Assembly (NCBI GenBank): GCA_032718475.1
Contig: JAUCBJ010000608.1
Span: 1 to 64,000, forward strand
Direction of reading: 5' to 3'
DNA: 64,000 bases
Source of the DNA: Nemertoderma westbladi
Lineage: Eukaryota; Animalia; Xenacoelomorpha
The translations under genes were made by a program, and so were the position numbers. This document shows positions 44,878 to 57,315 of the stretch, piece by piece. Numbering within the stretch: position 1 is the stretch's first letter; the number at the start of each line of letters is the position of its first letter. The notes under the pieces are model-generated. The model ran no database searches and was not told the origin of the DNA. It was given only the letters and a program-made list of their open reading frames with translations.

Positions 44878-45715
44878 TAAGAATGCTGTGCCGGCTTATC
44901 GACAAAATTGCGCCGCCACAACTCCCTATCACCCATGACATTTGCTAGATCATCCGCATCTTCAAGGCCAGTGTCCTTTAAGATGCGTCTCAAGAAAGTC
45001 ATGGGCTGTTCACCATGCTTATTCACTCCATGAGGCTGCCAAAGTACAAGATTATGCACTGGCTGGTCCTCATGGCGAAAGCAATGTCATGCAAAGCGGA
45101 GGCGATTTTGTTCTAGTGTCAAGCTTGGGGGAACCAATGAGACACCTCCAATGTTATATAGTGTCTAGTTGGAGATGTGTGCATTGTACTTGACACAATG
45201 AACCCGGCGTAGCATTCTTGTGAATGTGCCATCCAGAGATTTGGTGTCCTCAGCAGTTAGAGCCAAGCATGGACTTCCATAGAGGAGTACTGAAACTACC
45301 GCTGATCTAAATAATCGGACCTTAAGTTTCCGGTTAATTCTCGGTGACTTCCAAATCCTGGAAAGCCTATTCAAGGCTGCCCATACCTTTCCCTTACGTA
45401 TTCGTAGGTACTCACCTGACTTCCGGATCCATGATCCCAGGTAACAGAAGTCGTCTACATGTTCAAGCATACCATCCAGACTGTCTGAGGACTTTCAAAG
45501 TTAACTGTCAAAATGTTGGTCTTTTTGGAGTTAATAAAAATACCAACACTAGAAGCAGCCTGTTCTAATGAGCTGAGGAGCCGTTGGGCTCCCTCTAGTG
45601 ATTTTGAGAGTACTCTTAAGTCATCAGCAAAGTCTAGATCAGTTAGGTACTTAGAAGGATTTCCCCGACTTCTTGAGCTAGTCGGTAAGGTAGAGTTACC
45701 ATCACCCCATCATCA
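44878..45715 (-). mobile_element. 5'-truncated RTE-type LINE (end of RT plus C-terminal region)
   Basis: Minus-strand pieces YLTDLDFADDL, VDDFCYLGSWI and LKVRLFRSAVVSVLLYGS, with frameshifts. Confidence 0.88.
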
Positions 45716-47639
45716 GTTAGTTCACTTTACGTCTATACTTTCAGTGATGTTGTATACATTTCTCAATTCAATATTTATTTGATTCATTCTCAGGTGTAAT
45801 AATATATTTCGTTACATCCACGATGAGTAATATAGGTGTCATCAGGGACTGTTGTTATTGTAATAATTGTATCCTAGCTATTATCAAAAAGACTATAATG
45901 TACCTTAGGCTGGGCACGACTATCCATAAAGGCCAATTTACATCATAATATGGTTTATTCGTTTTAAATAGTTTGATTTCGCCCTTCAATATATAAAATA
46001 CATGTCAGTTCGATGGGCGCACCAAGTGAAATGACTACACCATTATTTATGCCTCATAATTCGAATGATAATTTCGCACCATTAACCAACAATTATTACT
46101 GGGATAGTATCCTGGGATATTAAACTCATACATAAAATTTTACACGTATGCGAATTTTAGCTCAACAAATTAGTCTGCATAATACTATATAACAATATGA
46201 GAATGTATTTTATGAATATGGGAGTAACATGCCTCGCCTCTATGTTTACTGTGATGAAGCGAAATTTTGTGATAGTAAAATATAAAATATTTATGCCTCG
46301 GGGGAAATTAATGTTCCCACATGGTATCAACAAAATCTAACTGCATGCCGATTTCTGAACGATTATCAACTTATATCAGAAATTGAACAACGTAATCCGC
46401 ATGGTGTTCTACAGTTCTGTGCTGTACTGTACAGTACATACAGCAGTTATCACTTTTCTAGGAATCCTAGCCTGTGTATTTGGTAGCATATCATTCTACA
46501 TAGATTGATGAAAGCCGCTTGCTTATCCTCGCTTTTGCGACCAAATATGTCTTGTCCTTGGGAAGAAGATACCGCTATCTAAAATTATGTTGTGTGCAGG
46601 TAATCCAAGGATTGATTTTTTTCACTCACCAGGGAGCATTTGAATTGAGATAAAATGAAATGTAATAGGGGTTTGTTGGATGTGCGAATCAATATTAATA
46701 GCACAGGATGGAGACAGGATAATGCATGACATTAGTTATCCCCTTGCAAATCTCAAATTTCCAGTTTCTCATGGAATAGTTTGCTAATGGGAATGTTATT
46801 TTGCTCTCTTGTTTATTTTGTATTATTATTAAATTGTTTCTTTTACTAGTGTAATTATAAGTATATCTGCAATTGTCGTGTAATACTGTAAGACGTGTAT
46901 GTTACCCTACCAGAGAAAGTATATATATGTTTCCATGTAATTTTGGACTGTATTATGTCACTGTGTATAATCGATTGTTCTTCCAGCATAAGTAAGTAAA
47001 CTGTATCCCAGTACCATATATAGGTATCTCTGTAATTTTGAGTAATATTGTTAATGTTTATAAATCTGTATCAATATGTCTGTCTGTATGTAAAGTTGAA
47101 CTGTTCGTTCTACCAGCATTAGTAGTACGTATATATGTATCACTGAAATCCCTTTGTGTTTTTCGTTTGTTTGTATATGTATGGCTGTAAATTTGGACTG
47201 TAATATGTATTGTGTTTACCAAACTATTTTCATCTTAGAAATGATATATTAAAAATATAATGTGTTCAGGAAGTCCACAAAAAAATAATCCCAATAGTGA
47301 CAACACTTTCAATACTAACATAAATTTCGAATTTACATAATATTAGTTATTCATAACCACATATGTTTGAAGGTCAGTGTATGTATGACTATCCTTACGA
47401 TCAAGCAGTCCTCCAACAAGAATGATTTAAACTAAACTATGCGATTTCATCTTAAATATGTTAGTATGTTAAATAGGTTGAGCTAATGTAATGGGGATAA
47501 ATTAAATCCTTCCTTCCTTCCTTGTCAATGTTTCAATGTCTATTCATTTTGCAGAAACAAGCTGGGAACAAGCTAATTGGAGCTGGATCGATTAGGCAAA
47601 CTAGTAGAAATTTAAGGGAATAATATATACTGAAACAGA

Positions 47640-47920
47640 TGCATGTAGACGACTTTTGTTACCTGTGATCATGGATCCGGAAGTCTGGTGAGGACCTTCG
47701 AATACGTAAGGGAAAGGCATGGGCAGCCTTGAATACGCTTTCCAGGATTTGTAAGTCACACAGAATTAATCGGAAACTTAAGGTCCGATTATTTAGAGCA
47801 GCAGTAGTGCCAGTACTCCTCTACGGGAGTCCATGCTGGGCTCTAACTGCTGAGGACACCAAATCTCTGGATGGCACATTCACAAGAATGCTACATCGGG
47901 TTACGGGTTCATTGTGTCAA
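47640..47920 (+). mobile_element. RTE-type LINE fragment, same family as 44878-45715
   Basis: RINRKLKVRLFRAAVVPVLLYGSPCWALTAEDTKSLDGTFTRML is nearly identical to the minus-strand copy. Confidence 0.85.
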
Positions 47921-49524
47921 TAACTAAATATTCTTAATATTTTGTGAAGCTGACATAGCATATCAATGTGAATGTGCAGCTTCAATGCGGAAGGCTGATT
48001 ATAGTACAGTATAGGAGTATACATAGCTGAGCGCAAATTTTGGGGGGCCAATGGGACACCTCTATGGTGGCCCATGCCTGCCACTATGTAACTCTTGATG
48101 AAATATTTAAATAATAAATAAGTGGAAAAAATATATGTTGCGCTGTCAGTCAGAGAGGTAACAGGAACAGCCCACGGGGTAAGGATTTACCCCTGGGGCG
48201 CTAACTGTCAGGATAGTCTGATACCAACTGTCAGACAGTCTTTTTCAACTATCAGATAGATGATCGGATCGCCCAGTTACAAGTTGCCCTCAGTTGTATT
48301 TTTTAAACCCTAAATTAAATTAAATATTTAAATTAATAATAATATTTTAAAATTAAACTAAATTGTTGACAGAGTCTCTTACTACTTCCGAAATCGTTGA
48401 TCGTGGTACCGGTACCGGAATCTGGCTTTGATTATAAACACTGAACTGCTGAACGATGGCGGAATCTACGAAACCCGTATTCCTAATCCCTGAATCCTGT
48501 AATCCGAGAAGGCGACGGAGTCATTAAAGGTAAACAATGAAACGATCGCGATGGACAACGGAATCTATTCAATCCAGAACGATACGATGGCGACGGAGTC
48601 TATTACCTGATTACAATATTAAACACGGAACCTGGAACCAGAACGATCAGACGATGGCGAGACAGCGAGCGAGCGAGGTATACCGAGGTAACCTACAAAA
48701 CACAAAACGACAAGCAGGCGACGGAGTTTATTAAACCCAGTACGATATGGTGCATAGCGATCGAGACGTACAACGCGACAACGGTGTCTATTAAACCTAG
48801 AACCGAAGACGACGGAGTCTATAAACCTGGAACAATGCGAACGAGGCTACTGTAAAGTTAGACTGGTTTGTGAGATTAACCTGCCAATACTAACTCAATA
48901 GAATTCGCTTTCTTCGAATTCCTACTAATATATACTGTATGACATTGCTTTATAAGTCGTCTTCATTATAAGCCTCGTTGTGCTCGTCCTGTTTTGTATT
49001 TAAATATATTTCCTAAACGCAGACTGACGGACGATCTTTATAACTACCGATGCCTTCAATAGGCGAAGCCAGGTATGGTTTATAGGAATATAGTCTACGC
49101 AGTAATCGTCTTCATTATATGCCTCATTGCGCTCGTCGCTCGTCCTGTTTTGCATTAAAATATTTTTCCTAAACCAAGACAGACGATCTTTATACAGATA
49201 TAACTATGCGAAGTTTCGAAAATGTGCGAGTAACTGCAGATACATCTATGTGGAGATGTGTGATACAACGCCAATGCATCGTATGCCGATGTAGTAATAT
49301 GGGTATTTATATAATATATATTACAATTCCCCTCTGGTTAGGCTACAGTAAAAACTCCCAGCAGCTACTGTAGCTGCTCCACACCCCTGCAGAGACCATA
49401 TTAACCAATAATGGGCAGGATTAAATTTGTACTCCATGATTGTGAAGTTTTAATTACGTTTAGATCAATTAATGGTACCCCTACGCTAAGGCTCACTCAC
49501 TTCGTGGCTCGCCCCACAGTAGTC

Positions 49525-49880
49525 TGGCAGCCATGGTCCTTGTATTACTGATCTTGGGGGCAGTGGCAGCCCTGGGCCACGAGGGGGTATTTTATTTTTT
49601 ACTATTAGTTTTTTAATGGCAGCCATGGTCCAATTCTATTACGGATTCTGGGGGCAGTGGCAGCACTGTGCCACGAGGGGGTATTTTATTTTTTTACTAT
49701 TAGTTTTTTTAATGGCAGCCATGGGCCAATACTATTACTGATCTTGGGGGCAGTGGCAGCCCTGGGCCACTAGGGGGTATTTTATTATTTTTACTATTTT
49801 TTTTTAATGGCAGCCATGGGCCAAAAGCTGTTATCTGATTATGGGGTGATGGCAGCCCTGGGCCACGTGGGGTATTTTTT
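49525..49880 (+). repeat. About 95-bp tandem repeat, about 4 copies
   Basis: GGCAGCCATGG...TATTACTGATCTTGGGGGCAGTGGCAGCCCTGGGCCACGAGGGGGTATTTT recurs. Confidence 0.8.
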
Positions 49881-50519
49881 TTCTTTAACAGTATTTATAT
49901 TACATGGAAATTTTTTTGTGAGTTTTTTTTTACCTTTTTTTTCCAAGATATTTTTTACTGAGATTTTTTTTAAAGATATTTTATTTTACTTATTTTTTTT
50001 AAGACATTTTTTTAATTATTTTTTTTTCAAGATATTTTCCACTTATTTATTATTTAAATATTTTATCAAGAGTTTTATAGTGGCAGCCATGGGCCACCAT
50101 ACACCTCCAATGTTGTATAGATGTTTTATGTATAGATATAATGATGTTTTTTGTTCTAGAACGTAAATTTCATCTTCTGATTGATGTTAGCTATTGTTTT
50201 TTATTATGGTAGCTAGTTTTGTTAATGGGTATTCTCATGATGTATTTTGTTCTAGAACGTAAATTTCACCTCCTGAGAGAGGTTAGCTATTATTTTTTAA
50301 TATGGTACTGTAGCTAGTGTTTTTTTAAAGGTAGCTAGTGACTCCATATTATAAAAGAAAATTTGTAGTGCCCCTTTTATTTAGACAATTTCCATATCAT
50401 CCAGATATTCTAGAAATGACTAATAAAAATAAGAAATAAATCTAGAGAAATAAAATGAGAAATAAATCTAGAAATTTTTTGGATGCTCTGGAAAAGATAA
50501 TAATAATATTATTAAACAC

Positions 50520-50818
50520 TAAGGCAACAATAAACAGCGCAAATAACTTAAACTTCATGATTTGAGAAATAAAGATTCTAAAAAACAGCTGACGTTTCGA
50601 TTATTTATTATTTTGTAAATTGTTTTTTTGTATTGTTATTTCAATCTTCACCAGCCTTATTATTGTATTTAGTACTGTCTTTCACTAATTTTCAGTTATA
50701 TTTGTTTTTGCTTTGAAAATGATTATTGTTTAATAAATCGAAACGTCAGCTGTTTTTTAGAATCTTTATTTCTCAAATCATGAAGTTTAAGTTATTTGCG
50801 CTGTTTATTGTTGCCTTA
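50520..50818. repeat. About 87-bp perfect inverted repeat with a spacer of about 125 bp, possibly a Penelope-like pLTR remnant
   Basis: 50520-50606 is the reverse complement of 50732-50818. The arms carry the CGAAACGTC motif. Confidence 0.8.
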
Positions 50819-53800
50819 ATAAGCTTCAGATTCCTAGCAACTCAAACTCTATCATTATTAAACACAATAAACTAGTTCTTTTAATTAAGCAACGGTAGTG
50901 TTCTGACTGAGTATAATAAAAAATGTATAATGACTGCGGCGTACGCCAGTTATGGACATTTACAATATTTATTGTTTACGTAGTTGCCGGGCAACCAGCA
51001 GATATACAGAGTTATCTGAGTACTGACTGACGGACAGGCAGCTTATAGAAATTAACCGTATCCTACCGGTACTGCATGAATTAGCGTGACGCTAAAATAT
51101 AATTTACATTCGGATCAGTAAAAACTCTATTTTGACATCTGCCTATATTTTGTATAAAAAACTAGCTAGTGAATAATTACTAGCTACTTTGACTATCAAA
51201 TAAAAATTACTAGCTACCATGACTCATAAATTATTCCAGACAAATATATAATTGAGAATTAAAAGATCTCTTTAATTTTTTCACTAGCTAATAAAAAGAA
51301 CTAGCTAACACAAAATCAAAATTACTAGCTACCATCTTACTAGCAGAAGGTCAAATATTTAGCAAGTCGTTAGACTTGATTACTGTAAGAAAAAAAGCTA
51401 CTGGCTACTGGCTACTGACTACTGGCTACTGACCTAGAGCAAAAACGGCTCTAACGATTTTGATGAAATTTTGCATGGACCATGAAAATGGATTTCTAAG
51501 GGTACTGGCAGGGCCTTCATAAAATAACCACATATTCATTAGATTTACAAAAAAGTAATCAAAGAGATTGAGGGTTTTATGATTATTCATCGGTATTCTC
51601 CAAATATATCAGCAATATATACCAACATAACACAGTAACACCAATTAATAACAGAATCAAATAATGCGGTGAACAGTCAGTATGTGTAGTTGAATCTCGT
51701 TGCGTGACGCCGCGATGTGGCGATGTTCTGGGCTTAGAAAGATATACACACTGACTGAATTGCGTGAGTTTCTATAGGCACTGTCCAACACAAAATGAAA
51801 ATCGCTCTGATTGGTCGAGCCGAACAAAGAACAAAGAAAGCCAAAAAGCTCCACGTCGACATATCAGCTGATAGATGTCGTCATCTGAACTACACTGTAT
51901 TAAGAGTATTTTGGCGTAATGCGGCAGAATGGCTAGTTATGTCCGCTAAAGTACACATACAGAAAAATGGCTTTTAAACCATATTCAAAAAATGTGTCCA
52001 TTAAATTCCCCATACACGATATAGTACTGATATGTGTTGGTCCCATGATCATAGAGTGAAATGAAGTAACACTTCCTACTTGGCCTCTTATTTTTTTGAG
52101 GGCAGCTCTGTGTCCAGGCCTGTTATTTTATGAAGGCCCTGGTACTGGTGAAATCGCGGTTTAAATTGAAACATCTCAACTTGTTTTATTTCGAAAAATA
52201 GCCCCAAACGACCAAAATTGCCATAGGCACAATGATAGAAACACCAGCTGGCACTCATGAAAAATGTATAGAGATGGCCTGGTAATGCATTCAATAGTAA
52301 GGGCAACTAACAAAGAAGTACTTTCTCTGCCAAGTTTTATTATCACTCTACTCTATAACCCAGACAGTAAGCAAACATTAACTGGTTTAGCTGGCTATTA
52401 CAGTCTCAGCTAAATAACTAATTCTAGTTGTTCTAGAACAAAAAACCTCAGGTTAAAAGCCATTTTCATATGATAAAATTTGGACAAAAGTCATCGTGGA
52501 CAGGTACCTGGACCCCCTCCCAAATTTTTCTACAAATCTTAATTAGATAGCATGAAATTTGAAACAGAGATACTGTAGTTTCACCTCCCTCCTCTTTGCT
52601 GAGTGAGCCAGAATTGTTTTATTTTTGCTTTCATCCTTTAGCTACAAGCGTTTGAAAAAGGTGTCTCCATCGGTATTGCGCCAGTTACACCGCAGTTATT
52701 CTTCAACCTTATAGCGATTTGTTGATATTGACAGAAAGCTGGCCATGCAAGGATTCCAAATATGTATCACAATCTGAATTTCGTCGTAAAACAGCAGAGC
52801 TATATGGGCATTCTAAAGTTGCATGGTTTTACACCTGCGCAAGGTTATTTTATTCTATTAATAAAATTATTTTTTTTTTTACGACACTATATTCCAGGAT
52901 GGTGTAGTAATGCCGTAAAAAAATGGCTAGCTAATACGATATTGCATCAGTACAGTGCAGTGATTCTTCAATGTTATATTGATTCGTTGGTACTGATGGA
53001 AAGCTGGCCTTGCAAGGATTCCAAATATGTAAAAATATTTGCATTTGGTTGTTAAATAACGAAATATGGGCATTCGAAAGTTGCATATATTTGCTTCCGC
53101 TGCAGGCCATTTATTCTATTTATTGTTATTTAATAGCCACGTTATTGAAATGAGCAGAATTTATAGAATTCAGCTTTAAAGGATAAGAAGTAGTAATGAA
53201 CCCAAGTAATACAATGCAATGTCTAGGCCTACATCCATAATTGACTTTGGTACAGCTCTGTTCCGCAATTCATCGTTAATTGGAATGAATAAGGTGAAAC
53301 AGCACAATACATCTCATGATCTAATATAATTATAATAATACATCAGAGCGACAGAACTCAGTTCCGGTAAAGCTAGCTGGCCCGATTGTCTGTCTTCTGA
53401 GATCTGTCGGTTTGATGTATTATTATTATAAATTATATTAGATAAAGTGATGTGTATATTGTGCTGAATAATATTTGGAGCTCTCCTGTGTAATGTGTGA
53501 TTGCCGACTGAACTTTCACTATTATCCGTCCATTCATTCCAGTTGACAATTAATTGCGGAACAGAGATGTAACAACTTATCACTTATTATTAACACTTAT
53601 ACTCCATTTATGTAGTGTTTTTACTAGTTACTACTAATAACTAGTAATACTACACCATACCCTAGTAATATAGTGTCATTATTTAGGTACATGGACCGCT
53701 CCAAATTTTCTACAAATTTTCATGAGAATGCATAAAATTTGAAACAGATAGTTTACATCCCTTTTCCTCTGTGGGTGAGTTATAATTATTTATTACATGG

Positions 53801-55429
53801 CAAAAAATGTCGAACTCCATTCATTATTCTCGAGGAATTTTATTTTTTCAGAGTATCAGCGAGGTCAAATGATGGAGAGAATTGTAAAAGCTTTTACTGA
53901 ATTGTCCAGTTATTTTTCCTTATTTTTCCCGTAAAGTACTCTGTAGTTGGTTTACCAGGCATAAAAAGGCCGTGTCCTTGCTGTACTGGTGTTTTAGCGG
54001 ACATAAAAGCTATTTCTTCTGTATTTGTACTTTAGAGGACATAATCCGTAATTCCGTGACGTAAAAGCTCGATACTCTTGAAAACAGTGTCGCTACCATG
54101 ACGACGGCTAGCAGCTGATATTGCCACGTCGACGTTTCTTTGTTTCTCTGTTCTCTCGTTGTTCATGTTGACCAATCAGAGCGTTTGTGATCTCTGTGTT
54201 GGAGGTATATACAGAAACTCAGTAGTTCAGTGTTATGTTTTTGTCCAGAGCCTAAGAACCGGCTTTGGCACCTCCGTGTTTAGTTTTTAGTCTTACACTA
54301 GTAGGTTTAATTATAAAGGGCATATATCCTTTAACCTGCATACTGATGACTGATGTCTGCATACTGCAGTACTGCATACACTGCATACTGTGTAACATTG
54401 TGCATACTTTTATATTGTTATACTGCTATTTACCGTCAGTTCTTCATAATATGGTTGATGAATAATTATATTTGGAATAACGATAAACAACCCCGAAACC
54501 CAATATTCTTGATATACCGAAGGTAAGAGAGAAGGGTTACAGATAAACGATTGTGACTTATGTTAAAGTGGTTTGAAGTGAATCTAATGTTATTTGATAG
54601 ACCCTACATGAGTCAGTCTGTGTTCCTTTTATATGTGACTAAAATCAGTGAAGATCGGCAGATTAGTGTGCAGTATTGTGCAGCATTGTGTATGAGTGAG
54701 TCTGTTAAAGAAGCATTCCTAAAGAATGCGCCATATATGTGAATTATAATTAAGCCATATCGTTGTGAGTAGTTTAAGTCATAACTCTGTTTATGTAGAT
54801 AAAGCGCCACGTCTTAAAGGAACTGTTAATATTACCGAAGGTGAATAATATTGTCAGAGATTATATAATACTGTCAGTCGAATAATACATTAGGCTTACA
54901 TAGCAATAAAAATTAAACCGTCGAACCCAATCTCCCGGGAATATCCAGCGGGTGAATGGTCGCGCACGGATTGGTTTCGACTAGTGTAGTGAATCAAATA
55001 CTTGTCATAGACTAAAAAGCAGATTTATTATCTAGAAGACATTCTAATTTGGCGGGTTAAACTGCCAAAGGTCTGAAAGCGCGAACATTAAAGGATATAG
55101 CTTCTTTGTTGCAGTAAGCAATAAAGTTGAAAGTACCGGTCAACCGGTAAACCTGAACCGGTACATCTGTAGGTCAGTAGTCAGTAGGCCCAACCGCTAG
55201 AACCGGTACTTCTGTATTCCGTAGGCCTAGCTGTCCTAACCGGTACTTCCGTATAAGTACACTAGTATTATTCGATTTGATTGTTGTATACCGGTAGGTC
55301 TTAGTACTTAATCAGGGAACGGCCGCCCTGATTTTTTATTGAGATTTTACTTATTTCTGTCAAGTTTCATTTATTTGTAGGCCAGTATTGAACAGAAGGC
55401 GTGTGAGCCTGATCAGATTGTACAGACGA

Positions 55430-55990
55430 TTTGTAGGCTGAGCTGTTGTCTGATTGCTGTTGAGTCCGAACGGATTGCAGTGTGTGTAGATCACTTGTCC
55501 GATTAAGTACGATTAGGAAGTAGGGGCAGCGAACGCTGTAGGGTAAACCCCCAACTAAAGAATAAGTCGCACTACTGGGTTAGAGCGCATACTCCCTAAT
55601 CATTTCGGAGTCTGCATGTCCTGTAATTTATTTAGGCTTGAGAGTAGTCTGCCATCGTTTGGTCTGTACTTTGTTTGTGTGGGTCTGTGCGGGTGGCGTG
55701 TGATTTTATTTAGATAATTTGTAGGCTGGATAGTTGTCTGGCTGTTATTAGGTCTGAACGGATTGCAGTGTGTGTAGATCACTTGTCCGATTAAGTACGA
55801 TTAGGAAGTAGGGGCAGCGAACGCTGTAGGGTAAACCCCCAACTAAAGAATAAGTCGCACTACTGGGTTAGAGCGCATACTCCCTAATCATTTCGGAGTC
55901 TGCATATACCGTAGTTTGTTTAGGCTTGATAGTAGTCTGTCAGTGTTCGGTCTGTATTTTGTTTGAGTAGTTTGTACGCGTAGCGTAATA
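55430..55990 (+). repeat. 288-bp period tandem duplication upstream of the BEL ORF
   Basis: The core of about 150 bp (GAACGGATTGCAG...GGAGTCTGCAT) looks identical at 55468 and 55756, with diverged flanks. Confidence 0.9.
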
Positions 55991-57315
55991 TTTATTATTC
56001 AGAGTTTATGCGATTATCCGCAACATTCATTCCCCAAGTTTATTCCTACAGTAATTGTGTTTGTTATACATACCGTTATAGTTAAATTAACCCCGGTACT
56101 ACACGGGCTGCTCGGCGTAGGTAAAGACTGGTGATTTTGTGCATCGGTCACTCCAGCAGATGCCGTGGTTCTTTTAGCTGTTCAAGTATATTTAACTACT
56201 GATTATTTGTTGTACAAGTACTCGTACCTAATTTAGGGTTTAGTGTACAGTGCTTTCCCGAAGTAATTATTGTAGCCATTATATTTGTGTTGTAAAGTGG
56301 TTGATAGGCACATTCGATTAGCTCTATTAACTTCTAGGTAGGAACACTCCGTGATACATAACGTAGAACCTATAGCGATACGGCTATAGGTCGTCAGGCG
56401 GTGGTATTTTCCTATCTAGACAACGCAGTGTATTTACTACTACTTATTATTTCAAATACCGTAGTACCCTGTCCGTAGTAATAACCAGAATTCTAACCCT
56501 TTGTTAGGCTGGTTTGTAGACTTCTTGTAAAATTACCCTAAAAATTCGTATTTTGTGTTTTTTGTAATTTTTTGCATTTATTTAGAGATTGTAATCTCAC
56601 CCGAATTGTACGTAATTTGTAGTATTAAGTAACTTAGGTAAATTAGAATTATTTGTTTTAGTGTCCTATACGTAACACTTCACTGAAAGCGCACCGCTTT
56701 GTGTAGTGATTACTCCCCAGAAATAATAACATTTATTTCAACATTGACAAAACCCATTAAAACGGGTATATATATATTATAAATCAAATCTAACGATTTA
56801 TAAATAGTAGGCCTACCATCCAACCATTAGGTCTCAATATCAGTTGGATTACTGCTCAAATAACGGTAATAAAGTAAGTAAAGTAACCAAGTAACCCTTG
56901 AAATTCAGAAATTCAGTTATTTTAAAATAATTGATATACCGGTATTTACGATAGGCCTATTATCTTATTTCTATAAATCTAGGCTGAAATTATACCGGTA
57001 CTTGTAATTAATTCTATTTCAGAATTATATATACTACAAACTGTAAGCTGTATACCGGTATTCCCGATAGGCCTATTATATATTTATATATATTTGTGCT
57101 AAAATTATACCGGTATTCTGTGATAAACCTAGTCTGTAATAATACTTATATAGTTATATATACTATAAGCATACCGGTATTCTAATATATTATATATATC
57201 ACGCTACACTGAGTAGCAGTATCGGTAATTAATTACTGGGCTAGCAGTTAATACTGAATTACTAGACTTGCTTAGACTGTAATATAGCAGTAGGCATCCA
57301 ACTGTACAAACAAAC

